A DNA stretch of 64,000 bases from Phoronis australis (Eukaryota; Animalia; Phoronida), in the NCBI GenBank assembly GCA_002633005.1, contig NMRA01000058.1, positions 36,565-100,564 on the forward strand, read 5' to 3'. The translations under genes and the position numbers were made by a program. Under the pieces are notes generated by a model. The model did not search any database, was not told where the DNA came from, and saw only the letters and a list, made by a program, of their open reading frames with translations. Below are positions 13,501 to 25,339 of this stretch, in pieces. Within the stretch, counting starts at the first letter, position 1, and each line of letters begins with the position of its first letter.

Positions 13501-16500
13501 NNNNNNNNNNNNNNNNNNNNNNNNNNNNNNNNNNNNNNNNNNNNNNNNNNNNNNNNNNNNNNNNNNNNNNNNNNNNNNNNNNNNNNNNNNNNNNNNNNNN
13601 NNNNNNNNNNNNNNNNNNNNNNNNNNNNNNNNNNNNNNNNNNNNNNNNNNNNNNNNNNNNNNNNNNNNNNNNNNNNNCCTAGCCTATTGAGGAGACAATG
13701 ACCATGCCTTTCCATTTTGCAAAGTACAACATACTACATATATGCCCTCTACTGGCCACTTTATGATACCAATAAACAACCCTAGAAGGATACCGTATAC
13801 GGTGCAATTGTGGGCGCATTTCAACGCTCTGCGTTGCTCTTGTAATATATTGTAGTACCAATGCTCGTTGTTTTAGTTTTACTAGTTTTACTATTTTATA
13901 TTTCTTATCCGTCAGTAACTGCACGGCATTCCAACATCTATTTGATTAAATTCAATGCAGGCTTAGTTACAACTGGGCGTACAACCTTTTGTAGAACGGC
14001 CCCTCATCTTTATTGTGTAAAAAGTTAGTCATCAATACGGAAGGCTTCCAATAAGTTCATGATGTCACTGGTACATCTTCATACAACGGGCTTCTGTAAG
14101 TTCATGATATCAGTAGTACTAAAAAAGTTCATTATGTCAGTGGTACCAGTAAGTTCATGGTGTCAGGGGTACCAGTTAACTCATGATGTCAGTTGTAAAA
14201 GCAAATTCATGTCTGTGGTGCCAATTCTTGTAGGTATTGAGTTCAAAATGCCGCTGAAGAGGAAGACAGGTGCACTTGAAACATCACTGGATGACGAAAG
14301 CCCGGATGGGAATATGACTGCAGAAAATGAGCAAAAAAATGAGGAGCAAAATTGGTAAACTTAATACTCAAATGGTGTGTTCTCTATTGGCTCCCTCAGT
14401 CTGTCTCTGTAAGACATGTGTTTCATGCTGAACAAAAGCTCTGTTTGCAGAATCGCCTCTGCTGTAGTTGACAAAACTAGGTCATTATGGCTGGCAATTA
14501 TGGAAGCTTCACACAAAAGTAGAGTTAAAGAGTTAGGAGTTACCAATGAGCTCTGGGTATAGCTCATTGCTTACACATACCAAGTTAAAATATAACGCTA
14601 AAATCTGTCCAACTTAAATTGAATTTTCTTGTGACAGCGGAGTTTTCTTTGAAATTTTGTTGCAACTGCAAGCTGGCCCACTTCGAAGTCAGAACATTCT
14701 ATGTAGGAAGGGACTGGCCAGTCTTTTGATATTCTCGAGTGTTTTTTACTTGTCAAGTGCTCTGTATATTTGATATGGTAATGAAAATTATACTCTACAG
14801 TTGTGTATTGTTAGGAAAATTTTGTTGACATTTTTGTGTGTTATAGATAGAACTGTTGAATATTAACTGTCTTCCTTTTAATTGTCTCCTTCATGTAGTG
14901 ATCCCACCAAAAGTATTGCAAAGCCTCATGATGATCATGATGATGCTGATAATGATGTTGATGAAGATGATGATGATTTGGCTGCTACTAATGAAGGTGC
15001 TTCATCATGGCTCCAGAGCATGGGATTAGACAAGGCCAAGTTCCCATCTCTCAATCCTGATAAAGTAAAAATGTATCCTTTAATAAAATAACTATAATCT
15101 TAGTTGATGTATCGTTTCAGAATGTAAGATTGGCCCTTCATTCTTCATTAATTTTCTACCCTTAACATTTTTTAATGTTCCAGTTAAGTGAGTTGGACAA
15201 GATAACCAAGGCCAAGTCGGCCCTGGTAAGGTGTTCGCGAGTAGTGGGTAAAACTTGGGGACTCTCTCCTAAGCATTCTCTCTTGATCTACATTTGGTGT
15301 TATCAGACCAATGATAGCTTATGCGGCATCAATATGGATAACATGTCTTGAACAGAGCACTGTTAGAACTAAATTGACACAAGTACAGCATTTAGCTTGC
15401 TCGTGTGTTACTTTTGATTTTCCAGGGACACCTACAACTGTAATGGAAATGCTTATTGGTTTGCCACCCCTGCATATTTATCTCAGCGGTGACGCTGTGC
15501 TTGCAGCTTACCGAATGAGGTGTAATGGGCAGTGAAGTAATGTGTGAATCACTGATACTGTTGCTCATAAGAACCATAGTAATGTATGCAACAGGTTAAT
15601 GTCAGAAACTGGAACACTTTTGGCAATGCCATGTGATGTTTTAGTGACGACCCTAAATCACATGAAATCATTGATTACAATGACCAGCAATTCATTTGTT
15701 ACACTGATGGCACTAAACTTGACAACGGACAGTCAGGATCAGGAATCTACTTTCCAGACCTTGCAGGTGTGCGAACTGTGGTCGAGTCTATTCAACATCT
15801 GGTAGAGATTTGCCCTGCCTAAAACAGACACCGTAATCTACTACCTGATGGATGCATAACCTGCCTGGTTAACATTGTTTGTTCATACAGGTTTAATAGT
15901 CTTTCTCTCTTTCTGAAACAAACGGGCAGATTAAAAGATTTCACCCATGAGGAATACGATGATATCGTGTCCCCATGAGTCATAATCAGGTGATTAGTGT
16001 AATGGGCCCGGCCTTTTGGCCTAAACATGCCTGATGTACCGCAAAAGGCATCAGGCCACCTGCACTCTTTTTTAAGTGAGTTGTTTCAAGCTAATTCAGT
16101 TGACTGTAGTTACACATAAGAGGCAAATCTGTATCGTCCATTTTTCAGCTTTTTATGCGCCCATATGTGGATGCATTATGCCATCTGACGTCCGCTGCTC
16201 CAAAACCCTTTGATGCATGTTCATGAAATTTTGCTGATATGTTCTTTTCATGGATGGGATGGCATGAGCAAATTTTTGGACAGTTCCGACTACTGGTGTG
16301 GGGCGTAGTTGTAATTTAATTTGTTTACGTTTACCTCTGTGTCTTCAGAGGTCCTCAACAGACTTTCATAAAATTTGGTAGATTTTTGTGTTAATTTTTG
16401 TTTCTTATGTTTACCTCTGTATGTTCAAAGGTCCTCAATTGATTTTCATAAAATTTGGCAGGTAGGCATCTATTAGTGAGGTGACGCTATCCTCCCATTT

Positions 16501-19500
16501 TTGGATAGTGGCCATTTTTATTGTTTTTGAGTCTGGTTTTTGGCATTGGTTCCTCTGTCAACCAAACAACTTTAAAGATGATTGTGAAAATTTGCAAATA
16601 TGTTCTTACTAAGAGGGTGGCTGACGATGATAATTCCGATGACTTCAACTACTGTGGCACCTCCTAGTGGGAGTTTTGTTTGTTTTTGCACCCATGGCTG
16701 AATCTCCTAAGCACTGTGCAGGATCTTTTTTAAATTTAGCTACAGTATTTATTTCGCACCCATGTGGTCGCATTTGCCGTCATCTCTGGGCATCCGCAGC
16801 TGTATCTCCTAAACCCCTCACAGGATCTTGATGAGATTTGACAGATGTGTTCCTATGAAGCTGGCAATGGACCACGATGAATTTCGGACCTCTCCGACTA
16901 CCAGTCTGCCCCCTAGTGGCAATTTTAGTTTTTTACGCTTACCACTGTATCTTGGGAGGTCCTCAACAGACTTTCATAAAATTTGGCAGTTAGACATCTA
17001 TTTGTGAGATGATGCCATCCTCACGTTTTCGGACAGATTCAAGGTACTTTGCGCTACGTAGTGGTCATTTTTGCTGTTTTCGAGTTTGTTTTTTGCGTCC
17101 GCCTTTCTATCAATCAACCGCTCTAGGGATGATTTTGAAAATTGACAACAAAGACTTCGATTGTCAAAACTGAAAAATTCTATGGGTGTTGTTTTAAGAT
17201 TGAGAAGAGATTTTGATGACTGATATCTCCATTGTTTTAGTGTAAATCAAAAATCTTAGACATGCTTCACCGTGTCTAATGGGAATGAAAAAACAGATCA
17301 ATTACAGTTTCGCCTATCTGTTTTGAAATTAATCTTTGATTCACACAAGGGTATTTTTCTAACACAACGACAGCCATGTGATTGTTAGCAATTGAGTGAC
17401 ATTTCAAGTAAGTATTTTGAAAACGAACACTTGGGTTGACTACAGGCAGCTATTTGATGAAACAGGTTGATGAATGAAGTTAGGGTTAATACAAGAACTA
17501 TGAGCCTAAAGATGGCTTTGTCCACTAAAGAACTGATTATTACAAAGTTAATATTTGCATTGCTACAGTTTTGTAATTGTAGTTACTTAAAGGTTGCCTC
17601 AGTAGTATCCCTATTAAAGGCTTTCCTGTTTTATGTAAATGACTTGGAAATTCTTCTGTGCAAGGTAGGGACTGTGAGTTTTACACCTTAACTACAACAA
17701 GACAACGCGAAGGTTACAAAGTTATAGACAACCGTCCAGAATCCTTAGTCTATGTGGAGGAGGCAGAGACCCAGGCTCTGTTCAACTACCTGTTGAACTG
17801 TCGCACATGTGTTTCCATCACAGGACCCCAGTCAGGCATACCTCCCACATTATTATCACCTGTGGCTTTCAAAGGAGCCACCTTGCAGTCACTGAAGGTA
17901 ATTTTCATGAAATAGACTGAGGTGGTTTTCGTAACAAAAGGTAGTTTCTTTGTCAAGATGACTACTATACCCCTAAAGTGCACTGGATTATAAGGGTGAT
18001 CCATCAGTATTCCACGAGGTTTGTATGTCACAGAGTATTGTTTATGCAAGCATGTCCAGACAGTCATTATGTATATGACTTGTGCTGATCCAATTTGTAA
18101 TGTATTGTCGTGTATATGCCACTGAAGTGGATTAAGTTGCATTGTTACAACTCGCACCGTGACAACTGTTTGACATGTAAATGCAGCTTTGGCTCATGCT
18201 TCCTCCAATGGAATAGACACTGCGATCAAATCGATAATCACTAGAAGGTGATCAAGTGGGTTTCCATTGTAGTCATTTACATTATTTGCTCCCTATAGCT
18301 AGAATGCAATTTATAGTCATTGGTCTGACAGGAGCAGACGTCATTGCTTTGTCTAGCGAAATGCTCACATTATGGTTATCTCAAACCTTATTAACAAAAA
18401 TTGGCTATTTTTACAATATTTCACTTATATTTAGCATATGTCTTCATTCTCGGGGAACTTCATGTACGAAATATATGCCATGTAGCGAAAAAAAAGATTT
18501 AGCAGAACCACCTTGGAACAGCACAACCGCTTGCAAATTTGTTTACTTCTTATCTGAAGTCAAAGGTTACGGCATTGTCACTCAAATCGAAGCTCCCCTA
18601 AATTCCTTAATTCCGATAATTTGACATTTGTTGTTCCAAGGTGGTTCTGCTAAATCTTTTTTTTCGCTCCGTGTGTACCCTCAGTACTTTCATTCACCAA
18701 GTCGCCATAATATTGGGTCAACGACGTGTACATATGATAATGATAGAAAGATGCCAGGGAAATGAAAACAGAAATTAGCTTTGATCCTGAGAGTTGTGTG
18801 TCTTCATGCAAATGAGTCACCTGACGCCTCTGTGACTTTGTGTTCATGAAGACAGTTGTGAAAAGAGATGCTCACCAAAATTCCTTAATTCCGATAATTT
18901 GACATTTGTTGTTTCGATCTCATGCTAACGATGTGGTTTAACCACCGACCCGATTTCTGTGTCTATTTTGTACTTGGTATTCATGTCAGACTCCCAGCGC
19001 ATTGTGTGTCTAACACTGAACTGTTGACCTACTTTAAAGTGTACCACAATGCACCAGCTTGTCCCACTTAATATGCTGGCTTTACCCATGTCTTAGTTGA
19101 AGTGTAAACAATAGAGAGTGACTTGGTTTAAATTAAATGTTTTTGTGATGATTAAGTTATTAATTATCCACTGCAAATTCAGATGAAATTGTAAATGTTG
19201 AAATAATGAACGTGGCCAAGGGGTGTATAGGTTATATTGACCAATAATGATCCGAAGTCCTTGAGATTTTCACGTATCGTCACATAATCGACTTTTTCTC
19301 GGCTTCTGTAAATCGTCTTAATTTGAACTTAAAAACAGGATTTTTAGAAAATGTCTCGGTGGATTTTGCTAAAACTTTCCAGACTTAATATTTATTCATC
19401 AATCCAAAAAATGCTGTTCGGATTTTTTGCATAATGTAACATCTATTTTTTACATAAATACCTTAGGTTTTGCGAGTTGATTTGTCATAGAAGTCAAACG

Positions 19501-20500
19501 AAAAGGCTAATCGAAAATTTCTAACAGTGTTTTTGGGGTAACTGTTGAAGGTTTCATTAAAATTGACCAAAGGGCTATTTTGCTATGAATGTACCATTCT
19601 TAAGAATGGAATTTCAACTTTAAAAAGGTGTTAGCATAATAATAATAATGACACATAAATATAAAACATATTTTATATTCCTTGATCTTTTTTCTTTCAA
19701 AAAATACTTTTACTAGTTGACAAAGCCTAGTTTTTTGATATACGAGTTAAAACGGAGGCCACTACATAAGGTTTGAGATAACATTAAGCTGGGTATCTTT
19801 ACTGGACTTAAATTGGTTTGTTTAAAAGTTTATTTTGTGTGTAGTAGAGTCATTGTAGGTTTTTTTATTGTCTCTTTTGGCAATTTTCATGTGAAAATTT
19901 CAACTTTGAAAAAACCGCCTCCCATTTGAAAATGTTCAGTCATTTTTAATATGAGTAATAAATGCAATTAGCAATTGTTATAGAAATTTGTTGTTTCAGT
20001 GGAAGACAACCTATAATTGTAAAATTGAATGAGCATGTGTTTGCATCTCTTTAATTTCTAGTACTTTTGATTTCACCACAACAAATTAGTTATGTGGTAG
20101 ATCCCAACTCTAGTTTTGAAATGTTACTTACATCTTGTTTCAGATAAATCAGACGTCAATTAGACAACAGATGGCTGATGGCAGTCTAGATCGAAGTTTT
20201 GTTATGGATGCAGTAGGTCCAATTTTGCCTCACATGTTCTTTAGTTTGTCAAAAATTTTGAAAGCAACTCAGGATGGAGACTTCAAAGCTGTGTTAAGTG
20301 TGCATGAGCAAACTACACCATTTAACGTGGGCTCAAACAATAGCAGTAGTGAGGCTGACTGTGACAGTGACAGGAATGATACGAACAGTTTTGGACTGGA
20401 CCAAGATGTCATGGAATACTTACGGTCGAAGTGCAGTTTCGTCAAAACAGGAATGCGTGAGATTTTGTGCAGGGATAACTTGCTAACTTGGTCGAGTTAA
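4323..20500 (+). CDS. DONSON: Protein downstream neighbor of SON (replisome/CMG assembly factor); spliced gene, 5' exons not found in window
   Basis: Exons 4323-4517, 6280-6398, 8265-8321, 11210-11388, 14234-14354, 14899-15072, 17702-17897, 20144-20500 join in frame (1398 nt including TAA). Motifs [82 protein letters not shown] and GPILPH match DONSON as I recall it. Confidence 0.95.
4545..4949. mobile_element. Tc1/mariner-type MITE in DONSON intron
   Basis: Inverted ends TTTCCGTAGATAAGCC / GGCTTATCTACGGAAA, terminal CTG-TA, internal GCCCATGGGC repeats. Confidence 0.6.
6280..6398 (+). CDS. DONSON: DONSON coding exon (DFSNLE...[16 protein letters not shown])
   Basis: TTTCAG acceptor, GTTTGT donor, phase 0/2 matches next exon. 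Confidence 0.88.
7229..7466. mobile_element. MITE with CATGCGCGCACCC TIR and 5-bp TSD GTCTT
   Basis: 13-bp perfect TIR; GTCTT at 7224-7228 and 7467-7471. Confidence 0.85.
8265..8321 (+). CDS. DONSON: DONSON coding exon ([19 protein letters not shown])
   Basis: TTTTGCAG acceptor, GTGAGT donor, phase 2/2. Confidence 0.85.
8637..9082 (+). mobile_element. 5'-truncated I/Nimb-like LINE 3' end with 10-bp TSD
   Basis: Encodes [13 protein letters not shown]; A/AAG-rich tail; AACCATGTCC at 8627-8636 and 9083-9092. Confidence 0.75.
11210..11388 (+). CDS. DONSON: DONSON coding exon (SESFKSLF...CPYFYVC...[13 protein letters not shown])
   Basis: TTTACAG acceptor, GT donor at 11389, most conserved DONSON block. 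Confidence 0.93.
11759..11852. ncRNA. Inverted pair of decayed Penelope-type minimal hammerhead motifs (38-bp perfect palindrome at core)
   Basis: Minus strand reads CCC-TTGACAA-A-GAGC-AAATC-GTTC-GAAACGT-G-GGG; palindrome at 11787-11824. Confidence 0.5.
11849..13843 (+). mobile_element. Helentron-associated (HINE/DINE-like) element with internal ~451-bp array, spans assembly gap
   Basis: Starts TTTTTATGCGCCCAC with a hairpin and (CGTC)n tract; CCTAGTGGC subunits at 12051, 12197, 12357, 12502; ends GTGGGCGCATT...GCTCTTGT. Confidence 0.65.
12745..13677. other. Assembly gap (N run)
   Basis: 933 N inside a repeat array. Confidence 1.
14050..14225 (+). repeat. Minisatellite, ~26-bp unit AAGTTCATGATGTCAGTGGTACCAGT, about 6 degenerate copies
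   Basis: Units near 14053, 14098, 14125, 14151, 14178, 14203. Confidence 0.8.
14234..14354 (+). CDS. DONSON: DONSON coding exon (GIEFKMPL...)
   Basis: TTGTAG acceptor, GTAAAC donor; junction restores NEGIEF motif. Confidence 0.88.
14899..15072 (+). CDS. DONSON: DONSON coding exon (acidic tract, SWLQSMG)
   Basis: TGTAG acceptor; ends at U12-type donor GTATCCTTT. Confidence 0.88.
15190..15800 (+). mobile_element. Decayed R1/LOA-like LINE fragment (post-RT to RNase H)
   Basis: [39 protein letters not shown], frameshifted YTDG-like RNase H start. Confidence 0.7.
16150..17150 (+). mobile_element. HINE-like repeat family copy
   Basis: Same TTTTATGCGCCCA start and CCTAGTGGC/AAATTTGG subunits as the 11849 copy. 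Confidence 0.7.
17702..17897 (+). CDS. DONSON: DONSON coding exon ([14 protein letters not shown]...[19 protein letters not shown])
   Basis: Within ORF 17658-17915; GTAATT donor at 17898. Confidence 0.93.
18600..18913 (+). repeat. Perfect 36-bp direct repeat (18600-18635, 18878-18913)
   Basis: AAATTCCTTAATTCCGATAATTTGACATTTGTTGTT twice. Confidence 0.9.
20144..20500 (+). CDS. DONSON: DONSON last coding exon
   Basis: TTTCAG acceptor; [15 protein letters not shown], ends LLTWSS-stop. Confidence 0.92.
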   Translation: MNQTSIRQQMADGSLDRSFVMDAVGPILPHMFFSLSKILKATQDGDFKAVLSVHEQTTPFNVGSNNSSSEADCDSDRNDTNSFGLDQDVMEYLRSKCSFVKTGMREILCRDNLLTWSS

Positions 20501-21536
20501 TAAGAGCGAATGCTTGTAGTATCAAATCATTTTCAATATACATATCCTGTGTATTCCTTTCATTCATTAGTGACTTTTTATTTCACTAGTAATTTATTTC
20601 TAACTGACTTTTGCTTGTAAACTACTTCTGTTAGATTTTGTTGGTGACAGGATGAGTGTACAACGATATGATAAGCCTACTCAAAGTGCTGAGTGGGGAC
20701 TGTGTAATGTGGAACCCACTTAGTGTTATTCCCTCGATTTCGAAGTAAATTAATAAGCAGGATATCCTATTATTATGAAAAGGATATCAAACCCAATTTT
20801 GGCCTATTGATAAATGTTAAAAACAACTTTACCATCCAGTTTTGGGAAGCAAAGTATTGCTGTGTAACCCTTGACAACCAGCAAAAGTTTGGTGCAAAAT
20901 TTGAACACTTCTTACACGGTCTGCTGAACGGGCAAGTGTGACCTACGCTTTAGGAGAGTTACATAACATCTGTAGGGAAGGAAACCCCACCAAGAACTGT
21001 AATGTCCAATGCATGACATGGGAAGTATGAGTTTTTAGTTGAATTCTGCTCTTATCACTTAAGTGGGATGCCACTGATGCATTAACAGGTGACATAACAA
21101 GGATTGAAATGACCAAAACAGAGTTTAGTATCTTTTTAAGCAAGTTTTGACTTGGCGGTGATCGTAACAATTGTTATAAGCAGCTGGCTTCTTGAAAGTC
21201 AATAATACAGATAGTCAAGTTCCTACTGTATTCAGTTCCTTATTTGGAAAAGTCCCTTGCCTAACAGGTGTTGTTACCGTACTTCACACAATACATCATA
21301 CCTTGTTTCACCACATAAAAGTGCAGCGCATGTATTCTAGTGTTACTTATAAGATGCATTTAAAGATGTTGTAAGGAATACATGAAAGTGCCATTTGAAA
21401 TCGCCCAGAGGGTTCTGGTCACTATCTCAGAATTGCATTACTGAGACATTTATCATGACTACGATGATTACTTGCAAAATTTCATTTACCTGTCCCAAAA
21501 GGTCTCACGAGATATGTCCCTTTAAAATATTGGATG

Positions 21537-22371
21537 CAAAGGCGGATTTAGGAGGGGGGCCAGGGAGCCCCCGCCTCCTTGGCTGCCGCAAAAAAAATAG
21601 ATCCAATTTCAAGTGTCAAATTCGGAACACGGCTCAATCGTAACGAAACGATATCCCAGGCGACCGGCAGTGGCGCTGCGCACTACGACTCCGTTTCCGT
21701 CGTCTGCTTTACTGTGTGATGAAGAAAATTCGTTCATTTTTTAAAGAAAATGGAATCTGAGTGACGATGAAAAAACAGAAGCTGCTGGTAAGATGTGAAT
21801 TTTAATCGAAGCCTTAGTGAATCACTCAGAAACTTATAATTCTCTCTTTGTCAAACCTTAACTTAAGACGATTTCCAAAGCAATTGCGTCATTAATGCCA
21901 ACACAAAAAACGGATTTGATCTTTTGGGCAATTGAAGACTATTTTAAACACGACAAATTTATTACGAACTGACTGCACAAAATATAAAAAGTGTAATGAG
22001 CATTACAAAAAGAAGTAGGTTTCGTGCGCAAACGCTGTGGACCATAAACAAGTAGGTCTCTTATTGCCAAATCATGAGTGAAGTCATGGTGGTGCAGTGG
22101 CATGTCTGTGGTAACTGCAGTTTTTCATGTTTGATACGTTCCCCGTGTTTTTTTTTTTGTTTCTTTTTATTTGCCTTTTTTTCTTGGATAATACTTCAGG
22201 AATCTAGGTAAATGCTTGAATTTTAGAGAAAAAACAGAAAAATTTTCCTGGGTGGGAGGGGGGCAAAACCCCGTCCCGATCTCCCCCCATTCGGTGCTAT
22301 GCGCATCTAATCGTGCAAATGTTTTAAGACAAAATGTTGGGCCCCCTTGTGATATCCTAGATCCGTCACTG
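21537..22371. mobile_element. Non-autonomous DNA transposon, CA...TG ends, 5-bp TSD GGATG
   Basis: GGCGGATTTAGG / CCTAGATCCGTCACTG ends; homologous to 55765-56199. Confidence 0.75.
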
Positions 22372-24364
22372 GGATGCCAGGCATATTTTTGCCCTCATGA
22401 GTTGAAACTGCTTCTAATTTCAAAATAAGCTTTTGATTGCACTGAAACTGGCACCAGTATGGATTAACAGGATACCAGGTTGTCAGAATCTGTTCGCGGA
22501 ATTCATCCAACAAATGTCATAGTACCTGAACTGAGGCGGTCCCAAAAAAATTCAGACTGAGAATCCTGAATTCGATTTTTGACTGGCCCGGCCCACAGTA
22601 TTTAATAAAAGTAGTTAAGGCTCAATGTCATAAAGTATGCTCTTTATAACTGTTAATGTTACCGTTATAAGTAATAAACAATTTACGTGGTCAATGTTGA
22701 AGTTATTTGACACAAAAAAATTTGGAAGGATCAATATGAAAATTGGCATGCAGGTGTGTTTTTCTGATGAGGAGGTCGCAATTGACGTTGATTTTCGGGC
22801 ATGTTCAACTAATCTGGCTCCCGCTAGTGGAGCTTTTGTTTCAGTTTGTGTCTACTGCTCCTTAAAGTCCTAGTACCACGTTTTCAAACCTCACAGTTAG
22901 AAGTTCTAAGGAACCAAACAGTACCTATCCCATAACCAACACAGAATCCGTTGTCGAAGAAAATTTAAATAAACGTGCCACTCATGATTCCGACCCGAAG
23001 ATTACACTGTCATTTTGAACCAACCGCGAAACTGGAAGTACAATTTATTCAGGACTGAACCCAAAAACGCCGGCGCCAGTGTGCGTCGCGACTGAAGCAG
23101 CCGAGTGTCAGTTACTAGCTTGCAAACGGGGTTAAAATAATCGACAGCGGACCTTGATTTAAGTAAAACCAAAATAAGGGACAATTTGTACTGAAACTGT
23201 TGACAAAATGTGGCATAATAAATTTTATCAGAAATTATTTTGCCGGATTCTAGCCGATGACCTGGTGCGAACTGATTGAGACCACTGCGCTGACGAAAGA
23301 CGAAGGCATACCGTCCCTGGCTGTTTTATCGAAATGAATGCTTCCAATCATAAATGCCCTAGTATACATACAAAGACCCCAGTATACGGCAAAGATAGTT
23401 TCCGACACTTGCATAAAATTACGAACTAGTCACAGTACTGTGCCAGCAATAGAATAACAAGGCCGACTGATGGCGGGCTAAAATGAGGCTAAGCGTGCTT
23501 TAATTGGGTGTAATTAACTCTGGTAAATAGAACAACGAACATGCAATATCAAAATAACTGTAAAATTGCTATTCACTTAGAATATTTTGACGATTGAACT
23601 TGCGATTGAAAATATCAAAAATGAATTTAGACGGAAACTAAGATACCGGCTATGGTCTCCCGCCACTTCCGTTGCGGCTGAGTGACTGCCAAGCTCAGTA
23701 AGAAAACTTTCCATGGAGCCAAATGGTATTGATGAATAAAAGGAATAGTTCCCGTTCAGACAAAAACATTCGTATAGGCCGAACTGAGCTGCTTGCCGGA
23801 CTGCCTGGCATGCCGTGCGCGGACATAGTGTTCTGCGGGGCAAGATGAACACATTAGTTAGCTACCCGGGCCTTGAATGAGTGAAATTCGCGTGACAAAG
23901 GGATTAAAAAATACCGCGTCATGCTCCTATCACTGCAATATTTTCCCATCGCCGACATTCAGCTCATTGACTACAATTCACTACACTCCATCAACACCCC
24001 CCCCCCTCACTGACCCCGTTTGCGTCGCGGAAATTTTATATTTAGACAACAGAGATACTATATTGTAAGTTTTTGTCAGTTTTTAAAATACATTTTCCCT
24101 AATAATTGAAAAATCAAAACCAATTTAGCAAGTGATTATTTTCGCGGCGAAGAGTCACGGCAACTGCAGGGGAATTACTTCGCCGGTGAATTACTGGGTC
24201 CGGGCAGCAAAATCAAAGCACAAGTGCGCGTTACTGCAATTGAGGTGTGGAGCTCACTGTAGTGAGATAAAGTTGTTTTTGGTTGTTGAAACATCGCCGT
24301 GTGAGGCTGTTTTTTATTTTACATTTTTAACAGCCAGTAAAGCTGGTGCCGATTTGCTGCCAAG

Positions 24365-24464
24365 CACAGGCGTCCTCAGCTTCTGATCGTCCCCGATACA
24401 CCATATATAATATTATAGTATTACATAGTGTATTGGGGACGATCAGATGCTGAGGACGCCTATG
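24365..24464. mobile_element. 100-bp hairpin hAT-type MITE with 8-bp TSD
   Basis: ~35-bp near-perfect arms starting CACAGGCGTCC; CTGCCAAG at 24357-24364 and 24465-24472. Confidence 0.8.
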
Positions 24465-25339
24465 CTGCCAAGTACGCTCTGCGGTCACGCGGCGTCCGGG
24501 TAGTCATACCGTAATTGCTCATTCTAGCATGGGCGGCGCGTCATGGGGGGGCTCATAGCATCCATTACATTTTCCCGTTGATCCCCACTTGTTCGATTCT
24601 ATAGCCAAACAACAAGTTGGGAAGAACACCCCTGTACCCAATATCTCACACGACTGGTTAACTCCATTCTGGCATTCATGGTTGGAGGCCAGCTCTCTTT
24701 TGTTCGACAATTAGTAATTGCTCTAATCTCCAGTAAGATCATATCTAGCCTGACTGGGCTGTGCTGCTAAAAATGTAAGTTAACTGTAACATATTTGAAC
24801 ATAAACCAATGATTTCTGAAATCCTCGTGAAATGGTGATCATGTTTAGTTCAGAATTGCCAAAATCGCCCAAATAAACAGAATTTACGACAAAATTCTTT
24901 CCGAATGTACCAATTCGCTCTGGGTTTGACTGTGTCGCACGTGCTCTGTAATAAGTCTGGTAGATAATTGGCCTGCCTGTTGTCGTACCAGACAAAAGAC
25001 TGTGCTTGACATCAGTTACAAAGAAGCTAGATGTTATCACACGGTCATAACCCTCTACGTCTGGTAAAGTCACTGAACGGAAAAACGCTATCGTGTCCCC
25101 ACTTTTTTCAGTGCCGCGACACCTATAGGCGATGCACCACATGGGGCTGGGGGGGCTTTTCGTATAAAGTAAACAACTGCTGCATGGAATTAAGGAGAAC
25201 AACAAAATTTTTCCATTTCTCAGAGAAGCTGTCATATACAAAATTTTTATGTGCAATAAATTTTTCAGCATTGTAGTACACCTAAGTAAATGTAACAAGC
25301 TTGTGAATTTAGGTATATTTTGTGACGTCTCTCCTTGTA

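Larger units (their letters stand above)
15073..17701 (+). other. U12-type (minor spliceosome) GT-AG intron of DONSON
   Basis: 5' site GTATCCTTT is the U12 consensus. Branch CCTTAAC at 17686-17692 lies 9 nt before the AG end at 17701 with no polypyrimidine tract. Splicing gives in-frame KVKI-QREG. Confidence 0.92.

Noticed and set aside
12588-13715. Long ORFs of 319-375 aa in the ORF track
   Set aside because: Artefacts of translating through the N gap
24780-25298. 172-aa ORF as a host gene
   Set aside because: No recognisable domain or splice-supported structure; lies among repeats
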